From NCBI GenBank assembly GCA_002727675.1, contig PBXQ01000073.1:31272-95271 (forward strand): a DNA stretch of 64,000 bases, read 5' to 3'. A program made the translations under genes and the position numbers. The notes under the pieces are model-generated. The model saw only the letters and a list, made by a program, of their open reading frames with translations, had not been told where the DNA came from and did not search any database. Origin of the DNA: Thermoplasmata archaeon (GTDB lineage Archaea > Thermoplasmatota > Poseidoniia > Poseidoniales > Thalassarchaeaceae). This document shows positions 38,066-48,193 of the stretch, piece by piece. How positions within the stretch are numbered: position 1 is the stretch's first letter; every line of letters starts with the position of its first letter.

Positions 38066-40276
38066 TCATTCTTCTTCAGATAAAACTGCTTTTGTAGGTA
38101 CGGCAGCTACTGGCTTACCTCCGACTAGACCTGATAAAATCATGTCAAATCCCCTCGCGCTTCCTTCAATATCAACTCGTAGAAAGCGACTTGTCTTTGC
38201 CTTTAAATCACCTAGGAAGACCTCGTCTCCATCAAACAATGTTTCAGGGGTTACAGTTGAAACATTCCATTCACTACCCTCTATTGCTTGGAATCTAATG
38301 GCTGCCAAAGTCCATTCTTCATCAGTAAGTGTAACTCCAATAGTCATAGAACGAATTTTATCATTCGATTTTAATTCCCATGCCACTAAATCTAGAGTTT
38401 GGGTAGTATGGCGAATCAATGGTTCACCCCATTCAGATTGTAGATAATTCCAATCGGTGTCTGCTAATGATTCCAATGCATGTAATAGTGCATGAGGATC
38501 TTTACTATCTTCGGGGTTTGCTAGGGTTAACCTTTCCTTAAGGCGCACCAATCTTTTCTTTTCATGCTCTTCAAGTTCAAATTCATTATTTCCTTTTAAT
38601 TGCCAATAAGCAATTAATAACCAAGGAGAAAGAAGTAATATGGCAACGATTATGTAAAAACTAGGCATATCTTTGGAATAATCTATCCACTCTCCTTCAT
38701 CAGTTGGTTCAGATCCTTCTGGAGTTATCCATGACCAATGAATTGAGTATTCAACTTGCTTTTCACTATTTGATTCAACAATCATTAGATGGGTTCCGTG
38801 AGGCAATTCTAATCCTACGTTTGCTTGTTGGCCTTGCATTTCAGTCAAGTTCCATGAAACAGTATACCAATTATCATATGCGGTAGAATTTAGTTCAACT
38901 AATTTAATTGTACAAGATCCAGGGTCTGCTTCAATAGTTGCGGAGAACCAATTCCTGTAAGGAAAACCTTCTTCTCTAGATATTAGGTATACGTCTCTAA
39001 TATCTAATCCCCCAATTGAACCAGTAGTTTCTCCCATTTCAGATTGAAAAATCGTCAATTCTAATGTGTCTGCTAATCCAGTGGGTAGGTGATCTGATGC
39101 ATCTCCATGATTTCCTCCATCAAATGGCCCATGATTGGTTATCGTGAGGACCCATATAATTGGTGTGTCGCTAGTAATGGTTATGGCGGCAGCATCTGCA
39201 TCAGAGGGTATGATGAAATCAAAATTTCCACTCTGATTGGAATTATTTTGAATGGTTGTCCAAGAGCCATCTCTTGCTTTGAAAGCAATTTCTGCGGGTG
39301 AACTAAACCACCAATCAACATTGATATGGCTCCTTGGACCAGCATCTAAACGAATTGAGTCAATATCACCATTGGTGATGTGTCCTGACACTGTTATGTC
39401 TGAAAAACTGGGTGAAACCCATGGGTTATGAGGTGTATCGCCAAAAGAAGTTTCTAATGATGCTGAATGTGCTGCGAATCTCAATGAATAAAGGGAAAAA
39501 TCAATGCCATATGAACTAATTAGAACCCATATTTCCCCACCTGAATTTTCCACAATTATTCTCGGAATATCAATTCCCATTGTAAATTGATGTTCTGAAA
39601 TAAGGTTCAAATCATTTTCACTTCTACTCCAAATTTCTATTAAGATATCAGATGAATGTGCTATAATTCCAATTTCTATCAAGTCATTCATACTAGAGTT
39701 TATTGACAATGCATCTGCATCTTCTGGTCCATCTAAAGTTCCATTCCACCAGGAGGCATTTTCATCAATGAATGTTCTATTGATTAATCCACATTCTGTA
39801 ATTAATTGACATCCACCTGTATCGATTAAGGGCCATTCAGAGGTATTTTCGCCGGGGATAGGAATTTGATTGGGTGAATCAATAAATTCTCCACTATTCG
39901 TGTCAAAGAATATATGTTTGATGACTATTTCTTGATTAGTCCCTCCAAATCTAGAAATTACGATGTCAATATTACCTGCACTAAGGTTTCCAGTTAATTC
40001 AAAATTAAATCTCCCTGAGGCATTTAATGAGTTATTTGTTGAATCAGTTACAGTCAATTCTAATTGTTCACATTGGGTTTGTGAAGGGCATATTATTGAT
40101 ATCCAAAATGAACCTTGGCGAACATTAAGTTGCTTGTTCCAAATGTTGTCGCCTTCGGTTAACTGGATGGTTTCAGTATCTGGGGGGTTTGATTCCAATT
40201 CAACTTGATTTGACATGGGTAAAACTGCAATTAACATCAATAAGGCGATGATGAGAGGTATTGAAGGTCTGCCCAC
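38066..40276 (-). CDS. Type-I membrane surface protein (736 aa) with a signal peptide, a beta-rich ectodomain, a single TM helix and a ~175 aa cytoplasmic C-terminal domain.
   Basis: Signal MGRPSIPLIIALLMLIAVLPMSN. TM helix FYIIVAILLLSPWLLIAYWQL followed by a KGNNEFELEEHEKKRL charged tail. Convergent with dnaJ. Confidence 0.6.
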   Translation of the reverse strand: MGRPSIPLIIALLMLIAVLPMSNQVELESNPPDTETIQLTEGDNIWNKQLNVRQGSFWISIICPSQTQCEQLELTVTDSTNNSLNASGRFNFELTGNLSAGNIDIVISRFGGTNQEIVIKHIFFDTNSGEFIDSPNQIPIPGENTSEWPLIDTGGCQLITECGLINRTFIDENASWWNGTLDGPEDADALSINSSMNDLIEIGIIAHSSDILIEIWSRSENDLNLISEHQFTMGIDIPRIIVENSGGEIWVLISSYGIDFSLYSLRFAAHSASLETSFGDTPHNPWVSPSFSDITVSGHITNGDIDSIRLDAGPRSHINVDWWFSSPAEIAFKARDGSWTTIQNNSNQSGNFDFIIPSDADAAAITITSDTPIIWVLTITNHGPFDGGNHGDASDHLPTGLADTLELTIFQSEMGETTGSIGGLDIRDVYLISREEGFPYRNWFSATIEADPGSCTIKLVELNSTAYDNWYTVSWNLTEMQGQQANVGLELPHGTHLMIVESNSEKQVEYSIHWSWITPEGSEPTDEGEWIDYSKDMPSFYIIVAILLLSPWLLIAYWQLKGNNEFELEEHEKKRLVRLKERLTLANPEDSKDPHALLHALESLADTDWNYLQSEWGEPLIRHTTQTLDLVAWELKSNDKIRSMTIGVTLTDEEWTLAAIRFQAIEGSEWNVSTVTPETLFDGDEVFLGDLKAKTSRFLRVDIEGSARGFDMILSGLVGGKPVAAVPTKAVLSEEE

Positions 40277-40328
40277 AACCTAAGCGCGTAACTTTTGACA
40301 TTTAGAATCATTCAATTACAGCGCATAG

Positions 40329-42209
40329 GTGGCACCCATTGTGACTGATTCAACTTTGGGCCGAACAGTGGTTGGAAGGCTACGTCATGCAAGGGTAATT
40401 GCATTGGGTGATCGTAAGTCCCCATTATCCCTTACTCCTTCATTAATTGGAACTAAGAATGATCTTGATTATACTGATATAAGTACTAGTTTAATGCCAT
40501 TTTATGTAGATTATGACAGTTCATCTTTACCCCCTTCAATGTCATTAATTGGTAGGGGTGCAATTTCCATGCCATTCGATAACGATTCCCCTACATGGCA
40601 TTCTCAGATGGGTCATACATTGCCACCCTCACTAGACGATGCTGATAATGGCGTTTCTAGAAGTCATGACGGTGGCCTACTTGCAATTTCATGGCAGAGT
40701 ATGATGCATGATTCTAGTTTGTCAAAATTAGAAGAGCAACCTGAAATCATTGCCCTAATTGATGCAGTTCAATTAGCAAATCACCCTGGTAGGTTAGTTA
40801 CTGCACTTGTAGCTTTAAGGACAAAATTCCCTCAATCTTTACTTTGGTGTCCTGGAATAGGTGGGCCTGATAACGTTGCATTATTGACTTGGTTTGGAGT
40901 TGATTTATACGATTTAACACGTTCACGCCAAGCTGAATCTATGGGATGTATATTGACGGCTGATGGTCCATATTCTAATGCTGATGAATTAGGTTTCAAA
41001 TCTGATATTAATGTTCAATTATCAGAATGGGAAAGAGAAATTTCAGTTGTAAAAAGAGCGATTAAGAACGGTTCATTACGTTCATTAGTTGAAAAGAGAT
41101 CACTTAATTCTCCTCGGTTGGTAGAACATTTAAGAAACCATGATCGTCTAATGAGGGCTACTTTATCTGATGAAATTTCCTCTAAAGAAAATATGACTAA
41201 TGAAGCTCTCGCAGTATGTAAAATTGCAAACGGCACCCCATTAAGGCGTTATGTCAAAGAGGGGTCTAAGTTGAGGTGTAATAGTCCTTTGAGTAGTCAA
41301 GACCCGTTGATTGCGGATTGGATTAATAGAATTGGTACTAATTATAAATCGCCTGATGAAATGTCTAAAGTAATGGTTTTATTGCCTTGCAGCGCTAGAA
41401 AACCCTATTCTTCATCCCAATCTCATCGTCGTTTCCGAGGTAGTTTACGTCACCGTCCATTGCATGAAATTATAGTAACCGCCCCTCTTGGTTTGGTACC
41501 TCGTGAGTTGGAAGAGTTATGGCCAGCGGGGCATTATGATATTCCTGTGACTGGTGATTGGGATTTGGTGGAATTGAATACTATACGGGAATTGGTTAAA
41601 TCAGTGGCAAATAATAATGGGTATGAACTGATTATCAACCATAGTGGTATACCAATAGATGAATCTGAAATAGGTGCTGAAATAATCGATACCCGTTGCG
41701 GTGAAGGTGCTTTGTCTCCTAGCTCTTTGGAGAGGCTTAAGAATGCTTCAGAAGATGCTGCTAAACGTTTCCACCCAGGATATGTAATGAATGAAAAACA
41801 GCATCTGTTAATTAAGATGAAATCAATTTCAAGGTGGTTGCATAATAATGATAATTGGTTGTCAAATGCTAATATTGGTGGTAAGCCACCTAGGTGGAAA
41901 ATATTGCAAGGTAAAGAGCAACTTGCTATGTGGCACCCAAAAGATGGGCGTTTCGCTTTTGCTAAAGGCACTCTTGATTTACTTGCAAAAGAGTCTACTC
42001 TATGTGAAGTACACCTAATTGATGGCCCAAAACTGGAGGGGGATATTTTCTCACCCATGATTAAACAAGTTTTAGGTGACATAAGAATTGGGGATGAAAT
42101 TTTATTATTTAGGTCGGGTGAATTAATAGGTAGTGCACGGAGTTTAGCCTCCAAATGGGAGTATTTTGGTAGTCCTGGAATGGTTGCAAAGACAAAACAT
42201 AGGCTTTGA
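40329..42209 (+). CDS. arcS: Archaeosine synthase ArcS (TGT-like protein with C-terminal PUA domain). GTG start; the start is uncertain.
   Basis: TGT-family motif LTWFGVDLYDLT (GVDxFD-like). ArcS signature PCX3KPYX2SX2H present as LPCSARKPYSSSQSHRR (about nt 41383-41433). PUA-like C-terminus IRIGDEILLFRSGELIGSARSLAS. Confidence 0.7.
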   Translation: MAPIVTDSTLGRTVVGRLRHARVIALGDRKSPLSLTPSLIGTKNDLDYTDISTSLMPFYVDYDSSSLPPSMSLIGRGAISMPFDNDSPTWHSQMGHTLPPSLDDADNGVSRSHDGGLLAISWQSMMHDSSLSKLEEQPEIIALIDAVQLANHPGRLVTALVALRTKFPQSLLWCPGIGGPDNVALLTWFGVDLYDLTRSRQAESMGCILTADGPYSNADELGFKSDINVQLSEWEREISVVKRAIKNGSLRSLVEKRSLNSPRLVEHLRNHDRLMRATLSDEISSKENMTNEALAVCKIANGTPLRRYVKEGSKLRCNSPLSSQDPLIADWINRIGTNYKSPDEMSKVMVLLPCSARKPYSSSQSHRRFRGSLRHRPLHEIIVTAPLGLVPRELEELWPAGHYDIPVTGDWDLVELNTIRELVKSVANNNGYELIINHSGIPIDESEIGAEIIDTRCGEGALSPSSLERLKNASEDAAKRFHPGYVMNEKQHLLIKMKSISRWLHNNDNWLSNANIGGKPPRWKILQGKEQLAMWHPKDGRFAFAKGTLDLLAKESTLCEVHLIDGPKLEGDIFSPMIKQVLGDIRIGDEILLFRSGELIGSARSLASKWEYFGSPGMVAKTKHRL

Positions 42210-42277
42210 ACACTTTTCCCTTGGGGCGGAGCGGTTATGAATGGGGAGTGGGTCGGCGGCTCGCTTAAGGTGTTCTG

Positions 42278-42733
42278 ATGTCACGTATGCACAGCGGAGG
42301 AAAAGGTCGTTCAGGGTCTACTCGTCCTAATGTTAGTGAGGTTCCTGAGTGGTCGGAACAGGACAAATCAATTGTAGAGAATTTAATTTTAGAACTACAC
42401 GAGGCAGGTAATTCTAATGCAATGATTGGTACGATATTAAGAGATCAACATGCTGTTCCTAGTGTCAAGTTGCTATTAGGTAAATCCGTTAGTTCGGTTC
42501 TCTCAGAAAATGGTAAAAACCGTGAGATTCCAGAAGAATTGATGAATATGATGAGAAAGGCGTTAGGTCTTATAGATCACTTGGATAACAATCGTAAGGA
42601 TTTGCACAATAATAGACAATTGAATCTTATTGAATCAAAAATCCGTCGCTCAGCTCGCTACTACAAGTCTAAGGGCATGCTTTCAGATTCATGGGATTAC
42701 AAGAGAGATCAACTACGTTTAATGGTTGAATAA
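42278..42733 (+). CDS. rps15: Ribosomal protein uS15 (archaeal S15P/S13e).
   Basis: N-terminus MSRMHSGGKGRSGSTRP and central AMIGTILRDQHAVPSVKLL match the archaeal S15 consensus (MARMHxRRRGKSGSxRP...IGVILRDQYGIP). Confidence 0.85.
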   Translation: MSRMHSGGKGRSGSTRPNVSEVPEWSEQDKSIVENLILELHEAGNSNAMIGTILRDQHAVPSVKLLLGKSVSSVLSENGKNREIPEELMNMMRKALGLIDHLDNNRKDLHNNRQLNLIESKIRRSARYYKSKGMLSDSWDYKRDQLRLMVE

Positions 42734-42800
42734 TATTTTCTCTAAGACTTTTGCCATTCTAAGGGGTGGCTCTTTGAACTCCACCCATCCTGCTTAGTTT

Positions 42801-43640
42801 ATGCGGACATTATTGGAGTTGGAGGCATTTGCTCCTATTGCTGACAATTTAAGGTCTGTAAATAATCAGTTATCTAATTCAGAGACTATTACTATTCTTA
42901 TTCCCCCCACTCCAACTGGTGCTGTGGCTTCAGCATTTCTAGAAGCAGCAATGTTGGATACAAATATTCCTTACCGTAGAAGAATTTCTCCACGTGAGAT
43001 TTCTCATCCATCGATAGTAATTTCTGATGGTATTACAACAGATTCACCGAAGGAATTTTCATCTGATCCCATTAAACTCAATCTTTCCCCCTTCTTTACG
43101 ATTGGTCTTCGTGATATTGAAGGGAATCCTAGTCGTTCAATTCTCTCTCCCGTTGCTCAGGCTGCTGCTTTGGCTGAATTAATTGCTCCAGATGGCCTTA
43201 GGACTAGAAAATTAAGGCCTTGGGTTCTTGCTGGTAATTGGTGGGGTGAAACACTCAATCAGGGCCAAGATTCTGTATACCATTCTCTTCGTAATCATCT
43301 ACGTGAAGAAGGAACAATCCGGGTAGTAACAATTCTAGAAGTAGATACTGATGCAATTAATGAATTGAAAAACATTGATTCTGAAAGATTTGCTAGTACT
43401 AGAGAAGTTTGGTCTTCATTAGATGCTGATGGGAAAGCAAAGGCAATTAGTACTCTAGTGCTACCTGAATTAATTTCAGATAAAATGCCCATGCCTAGAA
43501 TTGAAGAATTGGTTTGGCATCGTATAATTGTTAAGGGTTCTGAAGAAGATTTTCATTCATCAATGTCAAAAATAAAAGGTAAATGGGATGGTTCTCCCGA
43601 TTCAACTTCAGAATTAATTGAAAAATTAATTACAAATTGA
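42801..43640 (+). CDS. Hypothetical protein (279 aa). Possibly a degenerate, catalytically inactive DHH/RecJ-like domain protein, given the conserved rps15-recJ-like linkage in archaea.
   Basis: Lies immediately downstream of rps15. The region ITILIPPTPTGAVASAFLEAAML resembles a DHH motif-I region with the His/Asp replaced. No intact DHH motifs are seen. Confidence 0.4.
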   Translation: MRTLLELEAFAPIADNLRSVNNQLSNSETITILIPPTPTGAVASAFLEAAMLDTNIPYRRRISPREISHPSIVISDGITTDSPKEFSSDPIKLNLSPFFTIGLRDIEGNPSRSILSPVAQAAALAELIAPDGLRTRKLRPWVLAGNWWGETLNQGQDSVYHSLRNHLREEGTIRVVTILEVDTDAINELKNIDSERFASTREVWSSLDADGKAKAISTLVLPELISDKMPMPRIEELVWHRIIVKGSEEDFHSSMSKIKGKWDGSPDSTSELIEKLITN

Positions 43641-43645
43641 AAATC

Positions 43646-45742
43646 TTATTCACTAATTTTCAGACGTGTATTACATACTTTGCATAATATTTTCACAGGT
43701 CTTTCTTTAGTTAAAACTTGAATTGATTCTAAACATTTAGGGCATTCAATTACAGGTGTTCTTTTAGTTCTTTTTAAGCTAATTAGGGGCATAATTGAAA
43801 CATAAGCAGCTTCATCATGAAGACTATCTTCTAAACTTATTTTTGGTGTTATTACTGCTACAGATAGCATCATAAAGCCTGTAATTATCAATGCTCCAAT
43901 CATTATGAATAATGGTAATGCGAAGAAGTATGAATAGCCCCAAACGCCTGTAAATAGAATAGATGTCAGCCAAAAACCTGTTCTGGTTTTATTTTTAGTT
44001 AACTTCAAAGAAACTAATGAAAATAGTATCACAATTGCTAATGATTCAATGAGAGATATTAATGGTGAGTGGGTTATATCTCCAATTACGTATGCGACAG
44101 AGAAATCAGACATTTCTTCTTCTCCATTTAATGTGGTGCTACTAACCCTTAGGGATTCAGTGGCTAGTAACCTATTATGCTGGTAGTTAATACCACTACC
44201 ATCAACAACTGATGTCCCCACCATTATTGATGTCAATAGTTTTGCATCGATAGTTAATTCAGTCCAAATAGGAGTTGTTGATGCCTGAGGCCTTATGAAA
44301 TTGTCGAATAATACCCTTTTTTCTCCAATCTTGATATTTTCTAGTGATTCAATAGTAATGGTAATTGCAGAGTCAGTGAATCCAAATTCATCTTTTAAAT
44401 CAATTTCAACACTAGGGGCTGCTGCTGCTTCAATAGGCTCCACACCTAGCAATCTAGCAGGTTCTAACATCAAACCATCAAACATGAATTTCTTTAGTGC
44501 AGATGCTCTACCTGAAAGATGCGTTTCTAGAGCCTGAATTTCGGTATTATCAACTAAATCATTATTTCTTGAGGATTCAGTAGATGAACTACCCTGGATG
44601 TCTCTCCATTGGGATCTTGAGTCTAATGTTTCATTACCTATATTATCAAGGCCCCACCTCATCCATGTTGCCATAGGCCCTTCAAATTCAATTTGGGTAG
44701 TTCTTCGGATTCGGTCTCCAGATTCAACTCTCGCATCGATTTTTACCGATAATTGACTACCACCACTTCTTAGGGGTTCATTATCAGGAAATATGCTACC
44801 TGAACCACCACCACCTGAACCAAAAACCAATGCATAAGAAAACCCTCCTATGAATGGTTGTATTTGGTCATCTGATACTGAAATGGATAAATTTACCTCG
44901 TAGACGCCATCTTCTGCTGTTTCAGGAGCAACCCAATTAATTATTACTTCAACACCATCATTGTGAACAGTAGGCATAACAGTGTTAACAACTACTCCAT
45001 CGATTTTGATTTCAGATTCAGCTCTTTTATCCCAAATCGCAGTCCCCTCTCCTGACTTGAGAATTACAGGTATTTGGACAGCCCTGCCTTCAACAATAGC
45101 AGGCTGCCAATCCATATTTACCAATGGAATTGTTGCATCTAGTTTTGAAGCAAATTCTTCAGTACCCCAAATAAACCTAATTCCAGCGTCATCTCCAGGT
45201 GAATTAAGAATGAGTGTTTGTACACTGAGGATTACAACAATTAATTCCCCACTGGAGAGTATTTGGCCTTCTTCATCAATATCTATTGAAACATCAATAG
45301 TACCTAGGCCTGGAGTATATGTGGGGTTGGTATTAGAATAACCAAACCATGATTTGCCTCCAATTTTTACTTCTGCAGATACATTTGCCTGCGCTCCGGC
45401 AGCATTTTCAACTTCATAGTTGACGTTTAGATTCCATGTTGCTTGAGGGTAACTGCCAGTAGTTGTGTGAGGGATGCTCCATCTTGCGACTTCTGTTAGT
45501 TGACTTACGGAGGATGTAATCCAGACATCATTTTCGGTACCTAGGTCAACTGAAAAAGGACTCATGGTTCCTTTGCCAGTTTCTTCTCCCTCACATAGCA
45601 GGTAATAATCAATTCCAACAGCATCACAACATGTGACTTCTCCATCAGCGATACCAACGAATTGGTCATTTGGGATTGACATTAGGAATAGTGAACATAG
45701 AATCAGCACTACACTAAATCGGCTTCGCATTGTGCTCCCCAA
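43646..45742 (-). CDS. Surface protein (698 aa) with signal peptide, a large ectodomain, three C-terminal TM helices and a cytoplasmic C-terminal zinc ribbon.
   Basis: Signal MRSRFSVVLILCSLFLMSIP. TM helices LAIVILFSLVSL, FWLTSILFTGVWGYSYFFALPLFIMIGALIITGFMMLSV. Zinc ribbon CPKC...x15...CKVC at the extreme C-terminus. Confidence 0.6.
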   Translation of the reverse strand: MGSTMRSRFSVVLILCSLFLMSIPNDQFVGIADGEVTCCDAVGIDYYLLCEGEETGKGTMSPFSVDLGTENDVWITSSVSQLTEVARWSIPHTTTGSYPQATWNLNVNYEVENAAGAQANVSAEVKIGGKSWFGYSNTNPTYTPGLGTIDVSIDIDEEGQILSSGELIVVILSVQTLILNSPGDDAGIRFIWGTEEFASKLDATIPLVNMDWQPAIVEGRAVQIPVILKSGEGTAIWDKRAESEIKIDGVVVNTVMPTVHNDGVEVIINWVAPETAEDGVYEVNLSISVSDDQIQPFIGGFSYALVFGSGGGGSGSIFPDNEPLRSGGSQLSVKIDARVESGDRIRRTTQIEFEGPMATWMRWGLDNIGNETLDSRSQWRDIQGSSSTESSRNNDLVDNTEIQALETHLSGRASALKKFMFDGLMLEPARLLGVEPIEAAAAPSVEIDLKDEFGFTDSAITITIESLENIKIGEKRVLFDNFIRPQASTTPIWTELTIDAKLLTSIMVGTSVVDGSGINYQHNRLLATESLRVSSTTLNGEEEMSDFSVAYVIGDITHSPLISLIESLAIVILFSLVSLKLTKNKTRTGFWLTSILFTGVWGYSYFFALPLFIMIGALIITGFMMLSVAVITPKISLEDSLHDEAAYVSIMPLISLKRTKRTPVIECPKCLESIQVLTKERPVKILCKVCNTRLKISE

Positions 45743-45883
45743 ATAGCGTGGGCACTCTTTCGCTCTTTCAAGTAGTCGGGTACAAGAGTATCTAACTTGG
45801 CGAATAATTAATGTTTAATGATTAGCCAATATATCTGTAAAATGTAAATCTTTACTGTCCTATTAAGCAACATATTCAAGAAC

Positions 45884-46342
45884 TTGCCCCTTGTGTTCGT
45901 ACCAGTGAATAATATGGATGATGTGAAGGTTTCCGATTTGATTTTGACAGATGAGCATGATATAGTGGGTATGGATGAATCGATTTCATCCGCTGCAGGT
46001 AAATTGCTAGAATTAGGTAGAGGTATTTTGATTGTGCTTGGTGATGATAATCAGGTAAAAGGAATAGTTACTCCTAATCAAGTATTAGCCGCTGTTTCAG
46101 ACGGTGGTGATTCATCATCTCAAACAGTTGGTGAGCACATGGATGCCGATGTAATGGAAGTACATCAGCACGATAATGTTGATGATATAATTGTTCTAAT
46201 GAATGAACGTAAGCCACATGCTGTTGTTGCTGTGGATGAAGATGGCACTTTTGCTGGTTATTTCTCTCCGAATGATTACCGTGAAGCACTTGCTAGGATA
46301 GAGTCTAGGCCTGCTATCAAGAGACTTGCACAACACGAATAA
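45884..46342 (+). CDS. CBS-domain pair protein. The probable start is the internal Met near 45914.
   Basis: Two CBS-like units (ISSAAGKLLELGRGILIVLGDDNQVKGIVTPNQVLAAV; DDIIVLMNERKPHAVVAVDEDGTFAGYFSPNDYREAL). Confidence 0.7.
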   Translation: MPLVFVPVNNMDDVKVSDLILTDEHDIVGMDESISSAAGKLLELGRGILIVLGDDNQVKGIVTPNQVLAAVSDGGDSSSQTVGEHMDADVMEVHQHDNVDDIIVLMNERKPHAVVAVDEDGTFAGYFSPNDYREALARIESRPAIKRLAQHE

Positions 46343-46386
46343 TTCTAGCTTGTCCCATGTTTCAAGCGTTATTTTGGCGATTTTAT

Positions 46387-48138
46387 TTAGGCATGTAAAC
46401 GAACTAGACGCCTTGCTCCATTATCTTCAAACCCTTCAAGGATGGCGAAACCCATTCGTTCCAATTGAATAATTGTTCCATTTGGGTAATCATTGATTTC
46501 CAATAAACCTTCAGCCGTCACTAATATTCCTTCCTCTTCAAGGAGCAATACAGCTGGTTGTGCCATATTGCTAGGTAGCCAATGAATAATCGGTGTGTTT
46601 CCTAGTCTTTCGGTACGAATTACTTCACCGAACCATCCATCTCCCGTCTTTTCGTGATTGATTTCAATGTCTGCAAAATCCTTCAAACGTCTTGCTTCAT
46701 GAGAGTTGAAATCATCACTAGCAATATTTACCTTGATGGAACCCTCCTCGAGTGGCCATTCTCGGACGCCTTTGTCAGGGTGTTCTGGATGTATGGGTAA
46801 TGTTACTTTGGTTAATTCAATTTTAGAAATATCCAGATTGATGGAACACGGATTACGAACAAATGACAAACGTGGTGCATCGGCATCTACTGCTTTGGAA
46901 TTCAAACTGTTCAAGGTTGACAATGGAACCGAGATATCTTTCTGAGTCAATCCAAGGTCAATCCAGAACTTACGTATGGCCCCAGCATCATATCCTCTTC
47001 TTCGCATGGCAGGAAGTGTAGGCAATCTTGGATCATTCCATCCTGTGTAATTTCCTTCATTAATGTCAGATTTCATTTGGGATGTGCTGAAACCACCAAA
47101 TTCGTGGATTTTGACTCTGCCCCAGTAAAGAGTTTCAGGGTATTTCCAACCCACCTTGTCATAGAGAATTTGTTGTTTTCTTGTGGAGTCCATCAAATCT
47201 TTACCTCTAATGATATGAGTTACTCTTTGTTCATAATCTTCCACTGCGCTTTGGAAATCTAATAGTGGCCAAACACGATATTTATCTCCTACTTTTGGAT
47301 GAGGTGTTGTTTGAATTCTCAAGGCAGGCCAATCTCTTAATGCTGGGTTTTTATGATTCATCCCTGTTTTTACTCTTACAACAGCTTCTCCTTCATTATA
47401 TCCCTGAATATTGTCATTCATCTGGCGCCATTTGGATAAATTATCTTCAATAGAATTTGAACGGCATGAGCATTCTAATTTTGCAATTCTATATTCTCGG
47501 AATTCATCTGCAGTACAGTTACACACGTACATGTGTCCTTCAGAAATAAATTGATTTGAGTATTCAAGATATACATCCATTCTAGATGATGCTTCTATTA
47601 CTAAATCTGGTTCCTTACCTGTCAACCAAATGAAATCGTCTAAAATCCATCCATATGCTCTTTCATCAGGCCTTTTGATTTTTGTATCAGTATCGTCAAA
47701 TCTCAGGATTGTTTTTCCTGAATACATATTTGCATATTCTGAATTAATAATTACGCCCCTGCTATGTCCTAGTGTTAGAGGGCCATTTGGATTAGGTGCA
47801 AATCTTAATACTACTTCGCCTTCATTTGCGTTTGCTAATTCAGGCAAACCTTCCCGTCTCTCTCTTTCTCTTTTTTCTAATGCGTCGGGGGCTTCATTTT
47901 CTAAAATCCTCCGCACTTCTTCTGCTCCTTTCTCGGCCCATATTTTATTTGCTTCTTCAACTGCTGGCATAATCAGTCCAAAAAGTTGAGATGCATGTTG
48001 GCGTAATTCTACATTTTCTCCTAATACTCTCCCCTGAACAGAACCTGCTTGCCCTTTTCCATCATATTCAAGGGCGTTTTGCAGCGCATACTTCCGAATT
48101 AATTGCGATACCGAATCATCAGGTATCCAATCGCTCAT
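46387..48138 (-). CDS. gltX: Glutamyl-tRNA synthetase, archaeal/eukaryotic type (class I).
   Basis: HIGH-region LRFAPNPNGPLTLGHSRG followed by GKTILRFDDTD, the characteristic GluRS/GlnRS catalytic core. Length 583 aa. Confidence 0.85.
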   Translation of the reverse strand: MSDWIPDDSVSQLIRKYALQNALEYDGKGQAGSVQGRVLGENVELRQHASQLFGLIMPAVEEANKIWAEKGAEEVRRILENEAPDALEKRERERREGLPELANANEGEVVLRFAPNPNGPLTLGHSRGVIINSEYANMYSGKTILRFDDTDTKIKRPDERAYGWILDDFIWLTGKEPDLVIEASSRMDVYLEYSNQFISEGHMYVCNCTADEFREYRIAKLECSCRSNSIEDNLSKWRQMNDNIQGYNEGEAVVRVKTGMNHKNPALRDWPALRIQTTPHPKVGDKYRVWPLLDFQSAVEDYEQRVTHIIRGKDLMDSTRKQQILYDKVGWKYPETLYWGRVKIHEFGGFSTSQMKSDINEGNYTGWNDPRLPTLPAMRRRGYDAGAIRKFWIDLGLTQKDISVPLSTLNSLNSKAVDADAPRLSFVRNPCSINLDISKIELTKVTLPIHPEHPDKGVREWPLEEGSIKVNIASDDFNSHEARRLKDFADIEINHEKTGDGWFGEVIRTERLGNTPIIHWLPSNMAQPAVLLLEEEGILVTAEGLLEINDYPNGTIIQLERMGFAILEGFEDNGARRLVRLHA

Positions 48139-48193
48139 GTGTGTCGGTTTAGCGTCAACCTCTTGAGCCTTCGCGACATATTAAGTTAAATTG

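Noticed and set aside
41534-42154. 206 aa minus-strand ORF inside arcS
   Set aside because: Antisense to a gene with a diagnostic ArcS motif. It has Ser/Leu-rich antisense composition.
47630-47989. Plus-strand 119 aa ORF and neighbours (46706..46945, 47077..47262, 47265..47453) inside gltX, and 48453..48707/48819..49088 inside rnhB and the surface protein
   Set aside because: Antisense to genes with strong class I aaRS and RNase HII signatures.
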